DNA from: Octopus sinensis
Taxonomy: Eukaryota
Length of the DNA stretch: 64,000 nucleotides
Direction of reading: 5' to 3'
Assembly: GCF_006345805.1 (NCBI RefSeq)
Contig: NC_042999.1
Span: 88,102,001 to 88,166,000 of the forward strand
The translations under genes were made by a program, and so were the position numbers. This document shows, in pieces, positions 39,111-55,085 of this stretch (positions within the stretch are counted from its first letter, which is position 1; each line of letters begins with the position of its first letter). The notes below the pieces were generated by a model. It saw only the letters and a program-made list of their open reading frames with translations, did no database searches and was not told the origin of the DNA.

Positions 39111-41769
39111 CCTTCAGTCATATCATTATCACTATTTGTTTGCACCATTCAATTCGCCGTACTTCCAAGAATGAGCGGGTCTTTTTCGTGGTCGGGTTTT
39201 TTGCTGAACAGCATATCGCCTTTTTAGCAAAATATAAGCGTATAAGATAAGAATTCTTTCTCTAAGCCATGGTTTTATAAATTCATATGTATATGTTAAT
39301 ATTATGTCCGGTGAGGAGTAAAGTTAACCTGTACTTATGAACTAATACTACGACATTTGATCACTTCACTTATATAATACATATGTTTTACATTAAAAGA
39401 TTACGCTGGAATCTTTCTGTAGTTTTATATATCTAATAGCATCGCGGTAAGTCACAGGATAAATAAAAATTAGTTTTTTTCCGTCAAACCATCTTTATCG
39501 AATAAAATCCTTGACGAATTTGCACACAGACATATACAAAAAGTTGTTTTGAAAATATGTATTACAGCTGCATTTCTTAACACTACCAAACAGTCATATA
39601 TTAAGTTAATTACTACAATATTACGATAATATACTGGAATATAACAAATACAAAAACAAGCGAATATAACATTTTTTCTTTACTGTCATTCACTAGTTAT
39701 CAACTCTTTTCCCGTTTTGTTATATGTTTATATATGTTAGGTAGGATATTACTATATATGACTACTGATATCTTCGGCATGCAGTCACAAACCGCAAGGA
39801 AGTGAAGTTGAGTAATAATTATGCCTTTCTTAGTAGCACTGATGCTGAAACTGGCTTGCAGAATCAGTATGTGTTGAGTTCAATAAATTTTGTGGTGTTG
39901 TTTTGATTTCACCATTTATATAGAAATTCAGCAGGTCATTTTAATAAACTGTAATGAAATGTAACATTAAATATATTTTTAAATGACTGAGAAAATGCAA
40001 TATTATTGTTAAATTTAACCTTACTATATTTAACATAAGAGCATCACAGCGCTTCATTCCAAATAGCATCAGAAACTTGTCACAATTAATAGAGGTAATT
40101 TCGTACATGTATTCTATAAAAATATGTAGCAGTTTCCTCAAAATAATTTTAAGATAATTATGAAAATATGTATTTTAAAACTTTCGCGAACGTTAGTTGC
40201 CTTTCGAAAATAAGTGTATCAATATCACAGATGTTTCGACATATTTTTCTGTGTGTCTCACTGCATTTGACAGATGCTTCTAACTATATTATACGTGTTA
40301 GTATTTGGCTCTTATTTACTTATAAATGTCCTACCCACTCTCATGGAATACTATCTTTATTTAACAATATTCTTATTAAAATTCCTTTTAAAATTACTTC
40401 ATTCTGTTAACTTAAAGGAAACGAAAATCTAATTTAATTTCTATTTTGGTTTATATTTTGTTCCTCTGTGTTCATTGTTTAAGGAATAAGAGTCTTAAAA
40501 GCAACAATGTAAAGAAAGGAACAGCTATTTTGTTGTTTTCAAAATCATGTCCACATGCAGTTTAGATTAGGTTACAGGAGTTCAAAGGTTATATATCATC
40601 AGGACACTTTTTCTGTCAGTATATCTTCATAAAGGCAAAAATTGGACTCTAGATATTCGGAGTGCTTTAATATCTGTCCGTATCGTATAACTAAACGAAA
40701 ACTGCAAATCAAAAATGACAAGTGAAGTTAGAATAACCGACATAGTATAGTAATCCAAAAGTGTCATTAAGTCAAATCTAATGCATTCTTGAAGATTTCA
40801 ATAGACTTATTACTTGGTGTAGACATAAGAGTCAACATTAATGGGAAAGTATTCTTGTCGGTAAAATGAATATTCCAACGAATATTGTTTAAACTAATAG
40901 CCATTCAGGACAGCGTTCCCCTTATATCTTTGTCTTTTTTGGCTTTCAAGATATTTTAAAAGAATTTATGATTTTAAACATTAAATATAACGTTATTGAT
41001 ATCATACTAAGTTCTATTATCTGACGTGTTCAATTGTTCTCCAAGAGAATTAAGTCGACATCAAGTTGAAGGTGATATTTGTCAAGGGAATTGAATAGAT
41101 GTCAAGGTGATGGTTATGAATTTCAGAAACAAATAAGATAACGCCAAGCAAATTGAAATGGCATACACATCCCTTGATGTCTATTTTTCTACTGTGTGAT
41201 TGTAGTTTTCCTCTCTTTTTTAAGAATTGAAGAAACAAGAAATTTCATATATTCTATGCCGTTATTCCCAGAAGAGAATAACGGAAAACGTCAGGCGATA
41301 CCGAGAAATTTATTCTTCAAACTATTCAAGTTTTCTATCACAAACTTTGCAGATTCTTGAACATTAAATTAGTGATGTTCTCATCACTATTTCGGCAAAT
41401 ACGATCAATTCAGAGCTTTGCCGATGATGTGTTAATAGGAATAAGATATTTTCTTATTTCATTTCTTCATTTGTTGAAATATTTAAAATGAATTAATCCA
41501 TGAAAAAAAATTTTTTTTTTCTCTTTATCGCATAAGTATTTTAGTAGATCACATTTTAATAGTCGCTGCTCTGAATATGTAAATACTAAATTAACTATCA
41601 TTTTTCATTGTGATGATGTCTTAGAGGAGGTTTTGTCTACAAAATATAGGTACTGTACATCCTTTTATTTAGATGGTAAATTATCTACAAGAAGAGAACA
41701 ACGCGGAGATATGCTGTAAATCACGTGATTAAAACAACTACATCTGTGTTAGGAACAATAGATGCATAC

Positions 41770-42030
41770 ATGCGCGCGCACACACACATGCACACACATT
41801 CTCACACACGCACACACACTCACATACATACACACGCATACACACATGCAAGCACACACGCACATATATGTGTGTGTATATATATATATACATACACACA
41901 TATGTATGTATGTATTTATACACACACACGCAGACACACACACACACGCGTGCGCGCGCACACACACACACACATATATATATATAAATATGTGTGTATG
42001 GATACATTTGTGCGTGTATAGATATGCATA
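41770..42030. repeat. (CA)n/(TA)n/(CG)-rich low-complexity tract
   Basis: Directly visible. Confidence 0.9.
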
Positions 42031-42109
42031 GATACACTGCAATGCTGTGTGTATTGCCACCATCATTAAGGGATTTCATAAACTGGATACACTGATTTGC
42101 ACTAAGAAC

Positions 42110-42903
42110 TCACTAGTATTCTGGATAATGTTTGTAGGATAGGTTGGGTTATGGTTGTGGTCTAACGTATGGGGTTCAATGTTGGAGCTGTGTGCATGTT
42201 GGGTGCTCGTGTATTCAGAGTTGTTATTGTGTGAGTTTTGATAGTAGAGGGAAAGCTTTTGTTAATTAGAAGCTACTATGATAGACTCAATATTGGGTGG
42301 AGTGGAATAGGATGGCTTCAGAGTAGATCTATTAAAGATAGAGCAGTATTTATCTTGACGAGGGAAATTGGAGTTCAGTATATTAAAGAAAGATTTAGCT
42401 AAGTTCTTAACGTTTAGTGAGGAGTGGGTGTATATCATATAATAGAGCGTCCACCACATTTTGGGGTGCTTAGGGGTAGTGCTATCTATATTTTTGGAAA
42501 ATGGAGATGGGTAGCATGGCCCGTTGTTGTTAGTTGTTTTAGCCATTTTAGCTTTTGACCTAGGGTTATATGTGTGCGTGTGGACACTTCATACGGGTTT
42601 TCACGGGGTTGTACCATAATGTATGTGTGGTCTGCTGTGATTCCGACGGTGTGTCGTTGCGATTTGATTTGAGATATACGTTGCTTGAGCCTAGTATTGG
42701 GGATGTATTTTATTTGCTGAGAGAAGCTTCTGGCACCGCGCGGCTGGTTGTAATATGGAGCGTGGTTATTGAAGATGCCTCAGTGGAAGAGAGGTTTGAT
42801 ATACGGCTCGAGATACTCTTTGATAATGTTATCAAAGGTGGATTTGTGGTGATTGGAATGAATGTTTAAGTATTTAAGGTATTGGTTAGGGTTGTGATAA
42901 GGG
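42110..42903 (-). mobile_element. Penelope-like element fragment (RT thumb and linker)
   Basis: Minus strand IIKSISSRISNLSS and YTHSSLNVKNLAKSFFNILNSNFP..YCSIFNRSTLKPSYSTPPNIESII, typical of the PLE region WFNPPYS.NV..IFNRNT.K.SYSC.PN. Confidence 0.75.
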
Positions 42904-42956
<53 letters not shown>

Positions 42957-43241
42957 CGATGAGTATATTGGAATAAATTATCCAGGCGGGTACTCTAAGA
43001 ACTCTCAGGCATGGTTCAGGTTCCGGCAAGCCGAATCAAGTAGTAAGAAGCACTACACTTCGGACGACACTTGTGGAGAGACTCTGAATGAAGGTACATA
43101 ACAGAATATAACAGGTTGCATGGGCAACTGCACATTCCCCACGCTGCAGAAACACGTGCCGATTATGATCATTTTAGCTAATTATGCTGTAAAACTAACT
43201 GCTAAAATTGAAAGGAAAATTTGAAGATGTACCAGTTTAGT

Positions 43242-43284
<43 letters not shown>

Positions 43285-43437
43285 ATGTCTTTGTGTGTGT
43301 ATATTACTGAACATTTATATACATATACATATGAATGTATGTATATGTATGGGAATATGTGTGTGTGTGTGTGTATAAATACAAGAATGCATGTATACGC
43401 ATTTTTGTGCTTGTGTAGACGTGTTTGTCTGAGTAAA

Positions 43438-43475
<38 letters not shown>

Positions 43476-43489
43476 AGAGTGGCGGTCTT

Positions 43490-43630
43490 CCACAAAGTTT
43501 CTGTCAGTGGATCTCTTTTTGAACTCGAAGTCAAGGTTAATGAGACACTTGCCCGCGATGTTACGCTGTGAAACTGAATCGAGGAGCATAGTTTTGCAAA
43601 TAATGTTCTTTAAACACAGAGTCATGTCTG
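43490..43630 (-). mobile_element. SINE family A 5' part, highly diverged
   Basis: gacacttgcccgcgatgttacgctgtgaaactgaatc resembles gacacttgcccaaggtgccacgcagtgggactgaacc. Confidence 0.55.
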
Positions 43631-44448
43631 ACATTCTCTGTTAATCTGGGGTTGTGTTCAAATCTAACCACTAGTACCGCTTTGTGAAACACTTTCCTCA
43701 AATTACTAAGGATAAATGATTCTAGTGTTTGATGTATGTTAACGACCAGAAAATGTCAATGGAATTGACTCTTTAAGTTTGCGTGAGGCAAATACATACA
43801 TATACTGATAATATTCATTGTTAAAGGCTGTGGCATTACACAAAATGTCAACTTTAAAATAAGAATCAATAGCAGTAAAATAGAAAGATCTAATATGCAG
43901 TGGTGTCACAGTGTCTATGATGAAAAGAGATTCGGTCTTTCTGCCCACATATCTCCCACTTTCTAAACAATAGTAATAAATATACTAAAATAAAAGGAAC
44001 AATGGCCATTTTAAAACCTTTTCAATTTTAATCTATATTGATTCATCTAAAATGGTCCGTCTAACTAAATTAGCTTTTGTCTCTTCAATCGAAAACTTCA
44101 AACGAATCCCAAAGTTCCAGCAGAGTAAATGCCTTAAATACATTTATATTTGGTTCTTATATAATAAATTTGTACTAACTTCTATCAAAGTTTATCACCT
44201 GTCTCTCAATATAGACTTTATGGTGTAGAGCTATCATTATTTCAGATAACCAGGCTAGACTTAGAAATGTTCAACTGCTGTCGGGAACAATGATTTTCAT
44301 TCTCAACGAACACTGTTCGCTTTTGTGATTAACGAAATCAGAATATAATCGGTTCTTATGCCACCCAACTGATCATAAACAAATATTTCTCCGAAGTGAA
44401 TTTTGTATACCACATAAGCAATTTTCTCTATTTTCGTTATTTACTTAC

Positions 44449-44529
44449 TTCGGCATTTCTACCTTCATCAACAATGCCTCTTCTCTTTCACAATACTCCA
44501 ACATGTCAGTTTCACAAAAGTAAGAGAAA
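44449..44529 (-). CDS. Candidate 81-nt phase 2-2 host exon (FSYFCETDMLEYCEREEALLMKVEMP)
   Basis: Acceptor gtctctgtttctattcag, donor AA|GTAAGT, one open frame, length divisible by 3; protein not recognised. Confidence 0.4.
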
Positions 44530-45699
44530 CTGAATAGAAACAGAGACATCTGTCGTACCAAGTTCTTAGCTGCTCATAGACAGTCAAATGCCAGATTTCA
44601 TTTATTTGGTCAACCGGGACAGGAAATAATAGTCTTCACCAGATTTCTAAATTTATCAGAAATAAATATCCCGTACAACCATCCACCCGAAGGACAATAG
44701 TAATAGAAACCTGGGAAAAACTAATAAATCGTTCGAGCAAAGAGCATTTGTTGAAAAATCATGGAAGTGTATGCTGTATAAAACCTGGAAGTGAAATGCT
44801 ACGATTAAAATTTAAGTGGTGATTGTAAATTGTGATTGTTTTTACTTCTGTAGTTTAAGACTATCCCACGAAGTTTGAATATAAGAATATTAACTCTAAA
44901 TAGAATATATAAAGTTTACTTTTAGAAATGGAGCTGTATTAGTCCTATGCTTTCATTTTATAAGCTATGTATGAGTATTACTTTCTTCGTTTTCCTAATA
45001 AGATGAGCTACGTTTAAGTAAGGAGTAAACCGAAAGAAAAGTGCTTTAAAGGTTATCATAAATTCAGAAGCCTAATATATATAGCATGGAAATAAAAATT
45101 ATTCATTCTTTAACTGCTCCTGTTTCCATTCTATTTCCACTTACGTTATCTATCTATAACATATAATTGAATTTATATGAATGAAATATCTGAAAAGGAT
45201 AATATTTCATTATTTTTTCATTTCCCTTGACCATACCGTATATTTTTCAATGCAGTGCATCCAGGATCATATTATTCACTGTACGCTACCCCTTTACTTT
45301 TTCTGAGGTTGTGGATTCGATTTAAGCGAGATTTGTAGTTATTTCTAGAAGGTCGAGTGATCAGGTAACTGTTCTATCATAAATGTAATGGGCACAAAAG
45401 TACACAACAAATATATTGGACAAGTGTTAACATAATTTCTATGTTCCTGGTCAGTCTCACAAATTATTGATTTAATTATAGAAGAATTTACATTCAAGAG
45501 TAGTTAACTTTATTGTAGAACAGAAGTAGGGTAAATGTATTACATAATTCAAATGTTTCTGCTGTTGCGTGTTTCTCATCGGCATCAGTAATTATGAATA
45601 ACTTTGGACGGCTTAAATGAAAGACACACACGAAACTAATATCTTACCGTTTCAAAACATATCACAGGAATGAAAGGAAAAATGGTTTCAAAAGGTGTA

Positions 45700-46350
45700 T
45701 TTTAGAATAGACAGATGTAAAAATTAAACCGAATGTAATGCTAGTATGTAAAAAAACATTATCCCATTTGCAGATAGCAGAATCAATATAATAAACTGGG
45801 TGCTTAATAAATTAGAGAGAATATAAGTAAAATATAAAGCAACTACTAATAGAGTCCCAAAGAGAAAACCGTAAAGCTAATATACATGAAATATTTGTAC
45901 TCTACATATCAGGAGTAAAGGGTCTGCTATATATAGAAAAGTAATATAAATTTATAAAAGTGGTCATTAGAAAATACTTATAATGAATAAACAAAAACTT
46001 TTCTTCATATGTATGGAATTAATAAGATACGATCCACAGACGAACAAGCGCAGAGAAAATCATTTAAATAAGAACAAAGCAACAAAACCATTAAGCAAAA
46101 ATACTTAAAGCAGAATTCCAATAAATATGATGATAATGATGATCAGCGTTTAGCTAAATTATCTAATCGGGAGGAATAATACATTGGTCTTGGCTGGCAG
46201 TCATCCAAGGGATAGTGCCTCGATTAAAACATCAGTGTTTGTACCTTAAATAGCCCAAAAGCTTATTCTACAACTGCATTAAAGATATTGGGTCGTCAGC
46301 TGAAAGTCTCTCAAACGTGAAATGTCTCAAGTACAGTTGTATTGGCCTGG
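45700..46350 (+). mobile_element. Highly decayed R4-type fragment (thumb to CCHC region)
   Basis: Remnants IINWVLNKLE, RKANI..SGVKGLLYIE, WLAVIQG, ESL..VKCLK resemble the thumb/linker/CCHC region of the other R4 elements. Confidence 0.5.
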
Positions 46351-46369
46351 TCTCTATTCATCTAGTGCT

Positions 46370-50651
<4,282 letters not shown>

Positions 50652-50709
<58 letters not shown>

Positions 50710-50729
50710 TAAAAAAAAATAAAAAATAA

Positions 50730-50760
<31 letters not shown>
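50652..50760. repeat. (TAA)n tail of element 2
   Basis: Directly visible. Confidence 0.95.
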
Positions 50761-50762
<2 letters not shown>

Positions 50763-50914
50763 TGACAGGCAAGAACTCTGGCGTTGAAGACAGTCAGCCA
50801 GCCAACCACCAAGTCAGCCAACAAGACAGACAGACACTACTGTGATGGTGATAATGATAAAAAAACAAAAATAACAATAATAAGATACTGCTGTGACTAC
50901 ACATAAAACAATAT

Positions 50915-51019
50915 CATTGATGATGATGGTGGTGATGGTGATGGTGATGATGATAATGATGATGGTAATGGTGGTGATAATGATGATAGTGATAGTAATG
51001 GTGATGATAACAATAATAA
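50915..51019. repeat. (GAT)/(GGT) degenerate trinucleotide tract
   Basis: Directly visible. Confidence 0.85.
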
Positions 51020-54000
51020 GCCGACTACGGCTGCTATAATGGTACGATTATAATTGTAACGGCAATGATGGCCGTCTCCCCCGAGCCAATCAAAGCTAAA
51101 AAATGATAACATTATCGTAGCACCAAAGTGTTTTTGGAAACTAAAGGGAAAACTAAATCAGTATACCAAATCGCTTGTCCTATGGTTAATCTGGAAGCGC
51201 GTCCCCCAGGGAAGAGTCAGCCTGGGATCGAAAAGTCATCAACTGGCACAAACTCTTCTCCGAATACGGACATAGATTGTCACTTGAACGGGAAATCCCC
51301 CAACTCGAGCCCTCCAAGTTCACCACCACAGAAAGAAAAATGTAAGCGGAACAAATGGACCCGAGAAGAGTATAAAGAAGTAATATACGCTTATTACTAT
51401 GCATTAGGTAGGCTATCTCAAGAGAGACACACCGCAAACTCTTACAGTATATGGAGAACACGGAATCAAGACAGTAGGCCCTATTTGGACGAGAACAAAT
51501 TAGTAAATGTGAGGAGGGATATCCTTAGAAATAACAGACTCACAGACAGTGAAATAAGCGCGATCAAGCACGCAACGGAAAATGACATAAATATAAGACA
51601 CAAAGGAAATGAAGAATCAGATGAACAGTATAGCCCGCCAGGAGGCTTAATTGAAAGACTGCCATCTGACCAAAGTACGCAAAGGCCTGAAGATACAAGA
51701 AATTCTATTGTACCTGTTAAAGATAGCCAGGAAAACGAAAAAACAACAGTAACTGAAGATCTCGCATTTGCTGAAGAACACAGAGAGTCTATGGCAGAAA
51801 TGAGGCAGAAAATCCTGAATACGCTTGAAGTTGTAAGACATACAAGTATGAATGATAGAGAACCACTTCATAAACTCTCAAATACAAACCAAAATAAAAA
51901 ACAAATCCAAATTGGCAACTATGTAACAAATGAAATAATACGAGAATTAAAACCTGATTTTACTGAGTTAAATGAAATTATTTACGCTTCTGCTAGGGCA
52001 ATTGAAACCAGCTGTATGCCCCCGAAAAAACAAAGAAAACAAAACCTGGGAAGAAATCAAACCTGGAGAAGTAAAATTGAAAAAGAGATCGAATTTATGA
52101 GAGGGGAAATATCAATATTAAATGAACTAATATGTGGAAATGATGTAAGATCCAGAACAGGAAGAAAGATGAAGAGAAAATTTGGATCCTCACCAAGAGA
52201 AGAACTGATATCAATAAAAGAAACGCTGAAACAAAAAGTCCAAGCAAAAGCCCAAAGAATACGAAGATTTGAGAAGAGAAACAAGTTTTACAAGCAAAAT
52301 AAGCTGTTCACATCCAATGCCAAAAAATTCTACAGAGAAATAGGGAAGGAGAAAGTAACCGTTAAAGACCCCCCTCCCATGGAAGAAGTTCAAAACTTTT
52401 GGAAAAGGATTTGGAGTGACAAGAAGACGTACAACATAAATGCAGACTGGATTATACAAACTGAAGGATCCTACCAAAATTTACAACAACAAGCATGGGA
52501 AGACATCACAATAGCAGACCTAAGAAAGGCACTCACGAAGGCCCATAATTGGAAATCCCCCGGTAAAGAGAGGGTGCCGAATTTCTGGCTCGCATCACTC
52601 CCATGCGCACACGGTAAGCTAGTTCAGCTGCTCAATCAAATTATGAGAGACCCAAAGAAAATACCAGAATGGTTAGCAAGTGGCATTACTTACCTACTCC
52701 CAAAGAATAACGAAACCAACCTTCCAAAAAACTATCGGCCTATAACCTGTCTATCCACGGAGAAAACATATGCATTCATGGAGAAGAACGATATTTTCCT
52801 CATTGAACAAAAAGGGTGCCGCAGAGGCTCTTACGGATGCAAAGCTCAACTGCTAATCAATCGTATGATCCTTGAGAACTGTCACAACAAGCGCAGAAAT
52901 CTCAGCACCGCATGGATTGATTATAAAAAGGCCTTCGACAGTATACCGCATCCATGGATCTTGAGATCGCTGGACATCTTCAAAATTTCCCCTGTGATTT
53001 CAAACTTCCTGAAGCACAATATGTCGTTGTGGAATACGAATCTCCAATTATACCACTCTAATGGAATACTTGCCTCAGAAAATATAAACATCAACTGTGG
53101 AATTTTTCAAGGTGACTCACTTTCACCTTTAATATTCTGCATAGCCCTAATACCCCTTACAAGTGAATTAAACAGAACAGGGTATAGGTATAAAATTGCC
53201 AATAAAAAAATAAGCCATCTATTTTATATGGATGACTTAAAACTTTATGGTAAAGACAATAATGAACTTGAAGGCCTATTGCGCACCGTGAAAGCATTCA
53301 GCGATGACATCGGGATGGAGTTTGGACTTGAGAAGTGTGCCAAGGCCACTTTCCAGAAAGGGAAAGTGAAGACCACAAATTCAGTCGTGTTAGATGTTGA
53401 CACAGTCATAAGAGAGCTTGAGCAAGAACAAACATACAAATATTTAGGGATAAATGAAGGCTCTGGTATTCAGCATGCAAGCATGAAAGAGAAGATCAGG
53501 AAGGAATGTTATAGGAGAGTTCGTGCAGTCCTGAAATCTGAACTAAATGCACGTAACAAGGTGTTAGCTATAAATTCCTTAGCAGTTCTAGTTGTTACTT
53601 ATAGCTACAATGTGTTGAACTGGAATATGAGTGAAGTAAAGAATATAGATAGGAAAATACGCAAGCTGCTGAGTTGTAATAGGATGCACCACCCAAAGGC
53701 AGACGTAGATCGCCTTTACCTTCCCAGAGCCCAAGGAGGTCGAGGCCTGATCCAATTTGAACTAGCTTACAAAACAACCACAATTGGACTGGCCAAATAT
53801 CTCGAAATATCGAATGACTGGATGCTAAAGCTCGTGGAAAATCACGAGAGGCGAAAGAAGCTTCATTCTATCATAAAGGAAAGCAAAAGATTTGCTACTG
53901 ATCTCGTGCAGGATACCCAAACTGAACAACCCGAGGGAAGTACTGCAACTATTGTTGCAAAGAAGGTGAAAATGATGGCAACGAAAAAAGCGCACGAGCA

Positions 54001-54945
54001 ATTGGCTGATAGGCGGGAGGAGAAACCTCTGCACGGCAAATATGTGACCCGCAGCAAACAAGCTGATGTTGACCAGAAGCAAACCCATCAGTGGCTACGG
54101 AGCTCAGGGCTAAAAGCAGAGAGCGAAGGTTTCATCCTGGCTTCTCAAGATCAAAGCCTATTAACCCGGAACTACCAGGCCAATGTGATGAAAAATGGAG
54201 CAGACCCAAAATGCCGATTCTGCAACGACATGATTGAAACAGTGGACCATCTAATCTCTGGATGTAAAGTCTTAGCACCAGTGGAGTATAAATTAAGACA
54301 TGACAGAGTTGGCCAATATCTTCACTGGCTAATAAGTCGGTATTACAATATCAAAACTGCCGACAAGTGGTATAATCACCACCCTGAGGCTGTAACTGAA
54401 GGAGAAAATGTAACCATTTTGTGGGACTTTCCAGTACATACAGACCGAACCATCAAGGCCAATAAACCAGATATTGTTGTGAAAGACCAAAACAATAAAG
54501 TTTGCTTATTGATCGACATGAGCATCCCCTGTGATCATAATATCTCAGCGAAAGAGTTTGACAAGCTCAGAAAATATAAAGACCTACTCATTGAAATTGA
54601 GAAAATGTGGCATCTCAAGGCGGTTACAATACCAGTGATCGTAGGAGCACTAGGAATGATCAAGAAGGGAACCGAAAATTATATGAGAATGATCCCTGGC
54701 TTACCATCCCTGCAAGAAGTGCAAAAGATTGTCTTAACTGGTACATCACATGTATTGAGAAGAGCATTGTCGATGTGAGAATTGTTGCTGCTCATGTATT
54801 TTAATTTAACTTAAAAAAAAAAAAATGAACGAACTATTGAGTTTGGTTTAATGGCCTACCAATGTATACTATGAGTTTCTTTGCCCTAGGAGTCGGGAAG
54901 ACACTCGGCAAGAAATGGAAGCAAATTTGAAAGAAGAAAAAAAAA

Positions 54946-54946
<1 letters not shown>
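51020..54946 (+). mobile_element. R4/Dong-clade non-LTR retrotransposon 3, young, single uninterrupted ORF (5' boundary uncertain)
   Basis: Long ORF, about 170-nt 3' UTR, (TAA)n then (GAA)n tail. Confidence 0.93.
51182..54778 (+). CDS. RT-RLE polyprotein, 1198 aa from the first ATG (frame open from 51128)
   Basis: KRNKWTREEY, WKSPG, YRPITCL, EQKGCRRG, WIDYKKAFDS, GIFQGDSLSP, YMDDLKLY, CRFC..TVDHLISGC, NKPDIVV..LIDMSIP..KEFDKLRKYKDL; no internal stop. Confidence 0.95.
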   Translation: MVNLEARPPGKSQPGIEKSSTGTNSSPNTDIDCHLNGKSPNSSPPSSPPQKEKCKRNKWTREEYKEVIYAYYYALGRLSQERHTANSYSIWRTRNQDSRPYLDENKLVNVRRDILRNNRLTDSEISAIKHATENDINIRHKGNEESDEQYSPPGGLIERLPSDQSTQRPEDTRNSIVPVKDSQENEKTTVTEDLAFAEEHRESMAEMRQKILNTLEVVRHTSMNDREPLHKLSNTNQNKKQIQIGNYVTNEIIRELKPDFTELNEIIYASARAIETSCMPPKKQRKQNLGRNQTWRSKIEKEIEFMRGEISILNELICGNDVRSRTGRKMKRKFGSSPREELISIKETLKQKVQAKAQRIRRFEKRNKFYKQNKLFTSNAKKFYREIGKEKVTVKDPPPMEEVQNFWKRIWSDKKTYNINADWIIQTEGSYQNLQQQAWEDITIADLRKALTKAHNWKSPGKERVPNFWLASLPCAHGKLVQLLNQIMRDPKKIPEWLASGITYLLPKNNETNLPKNYRPITCLSTEKTYAFMEKNDIFLIEQKGCRRGSYGCKAQLLINRMILENCHNKRRNLSTAWIDYKKAFDSIPHPWILRSLDIFKISPVISNFLKHNMSLWNTNLQLYHSNGILASENININCGIFQGDSLSPLIFCIALIPLTSELNRTGYRYKIANKKISHLFYMDDLKLYGKDNNELEGLLRTVKAFSDDIGMEFGLEKCAKATFQKGKVKTTNSVVLDVDTVIRELEQEQTYKYLGINEGSGIQHASMKEKIRKECYRRVRAVLKSELNARNKVLAINSLAVLVVTYSYNVLNWNMSEVKNIDRKIRKLLSCNRMHHPKADVDRLYLPRAQGGRGLIQFELAYKTTTIGLAKYLEISNDWMLKLVENHERRKKLHSIIKESKRFATDLVQDTQTEQPEGSTATIVAKKVKMMATKKAHEQLADRREEKPLHGKYVTRSKQADVDQKQTHQWLRSSGLKAESEGFILASQDQSLLTRNYQANVMKNGADPKCRFCNDMIETVDHLISGCKVLAPVEYKLRHDRVGQYLHWLISRYYNIKTADKWYNHHPEAVTEGENVTILWDFPVHTDRTIKANKPDIVVKDQNNKVCLLIDMSIPCDHNISAKEFDKLRKYKDLLIEIEKMWHLKAVTIPVIVGALGMIKKGTENYMRMIPGLPSLQEVQKIVLTGTSHVLRRALSM

Positions 54947-55004
<58 letters not shown>

Positions 55005-55085
55005 AAGAAGAAGAAGAAGAAGAAGAAGAAGAAGAAGAAGAAGAAGAAGAAGAAGAAGAAGAAGAAGAAGAAGAAGAGAAGAAGA
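54947..55085. repeat. (TAA)n-(GAA)n compound tail
   Basis: Directly visible; switch at about 55001. Confidence 0.95.

Noticed and set aside
41370-41430. Two adjacent 8-bp hairpins (TAGTGATG/CATCACTA and TCGGCAAA/TTTGCCGA)
   Set aside because: Real, but no context or second copy; could be chance or an old element end.
42958-43098. Peptide with CUB-like NYPGGY..NSQ.W
   Set aside because: No acceptor pyrimidine tract (follows a (GA)n run) and weak similarity.
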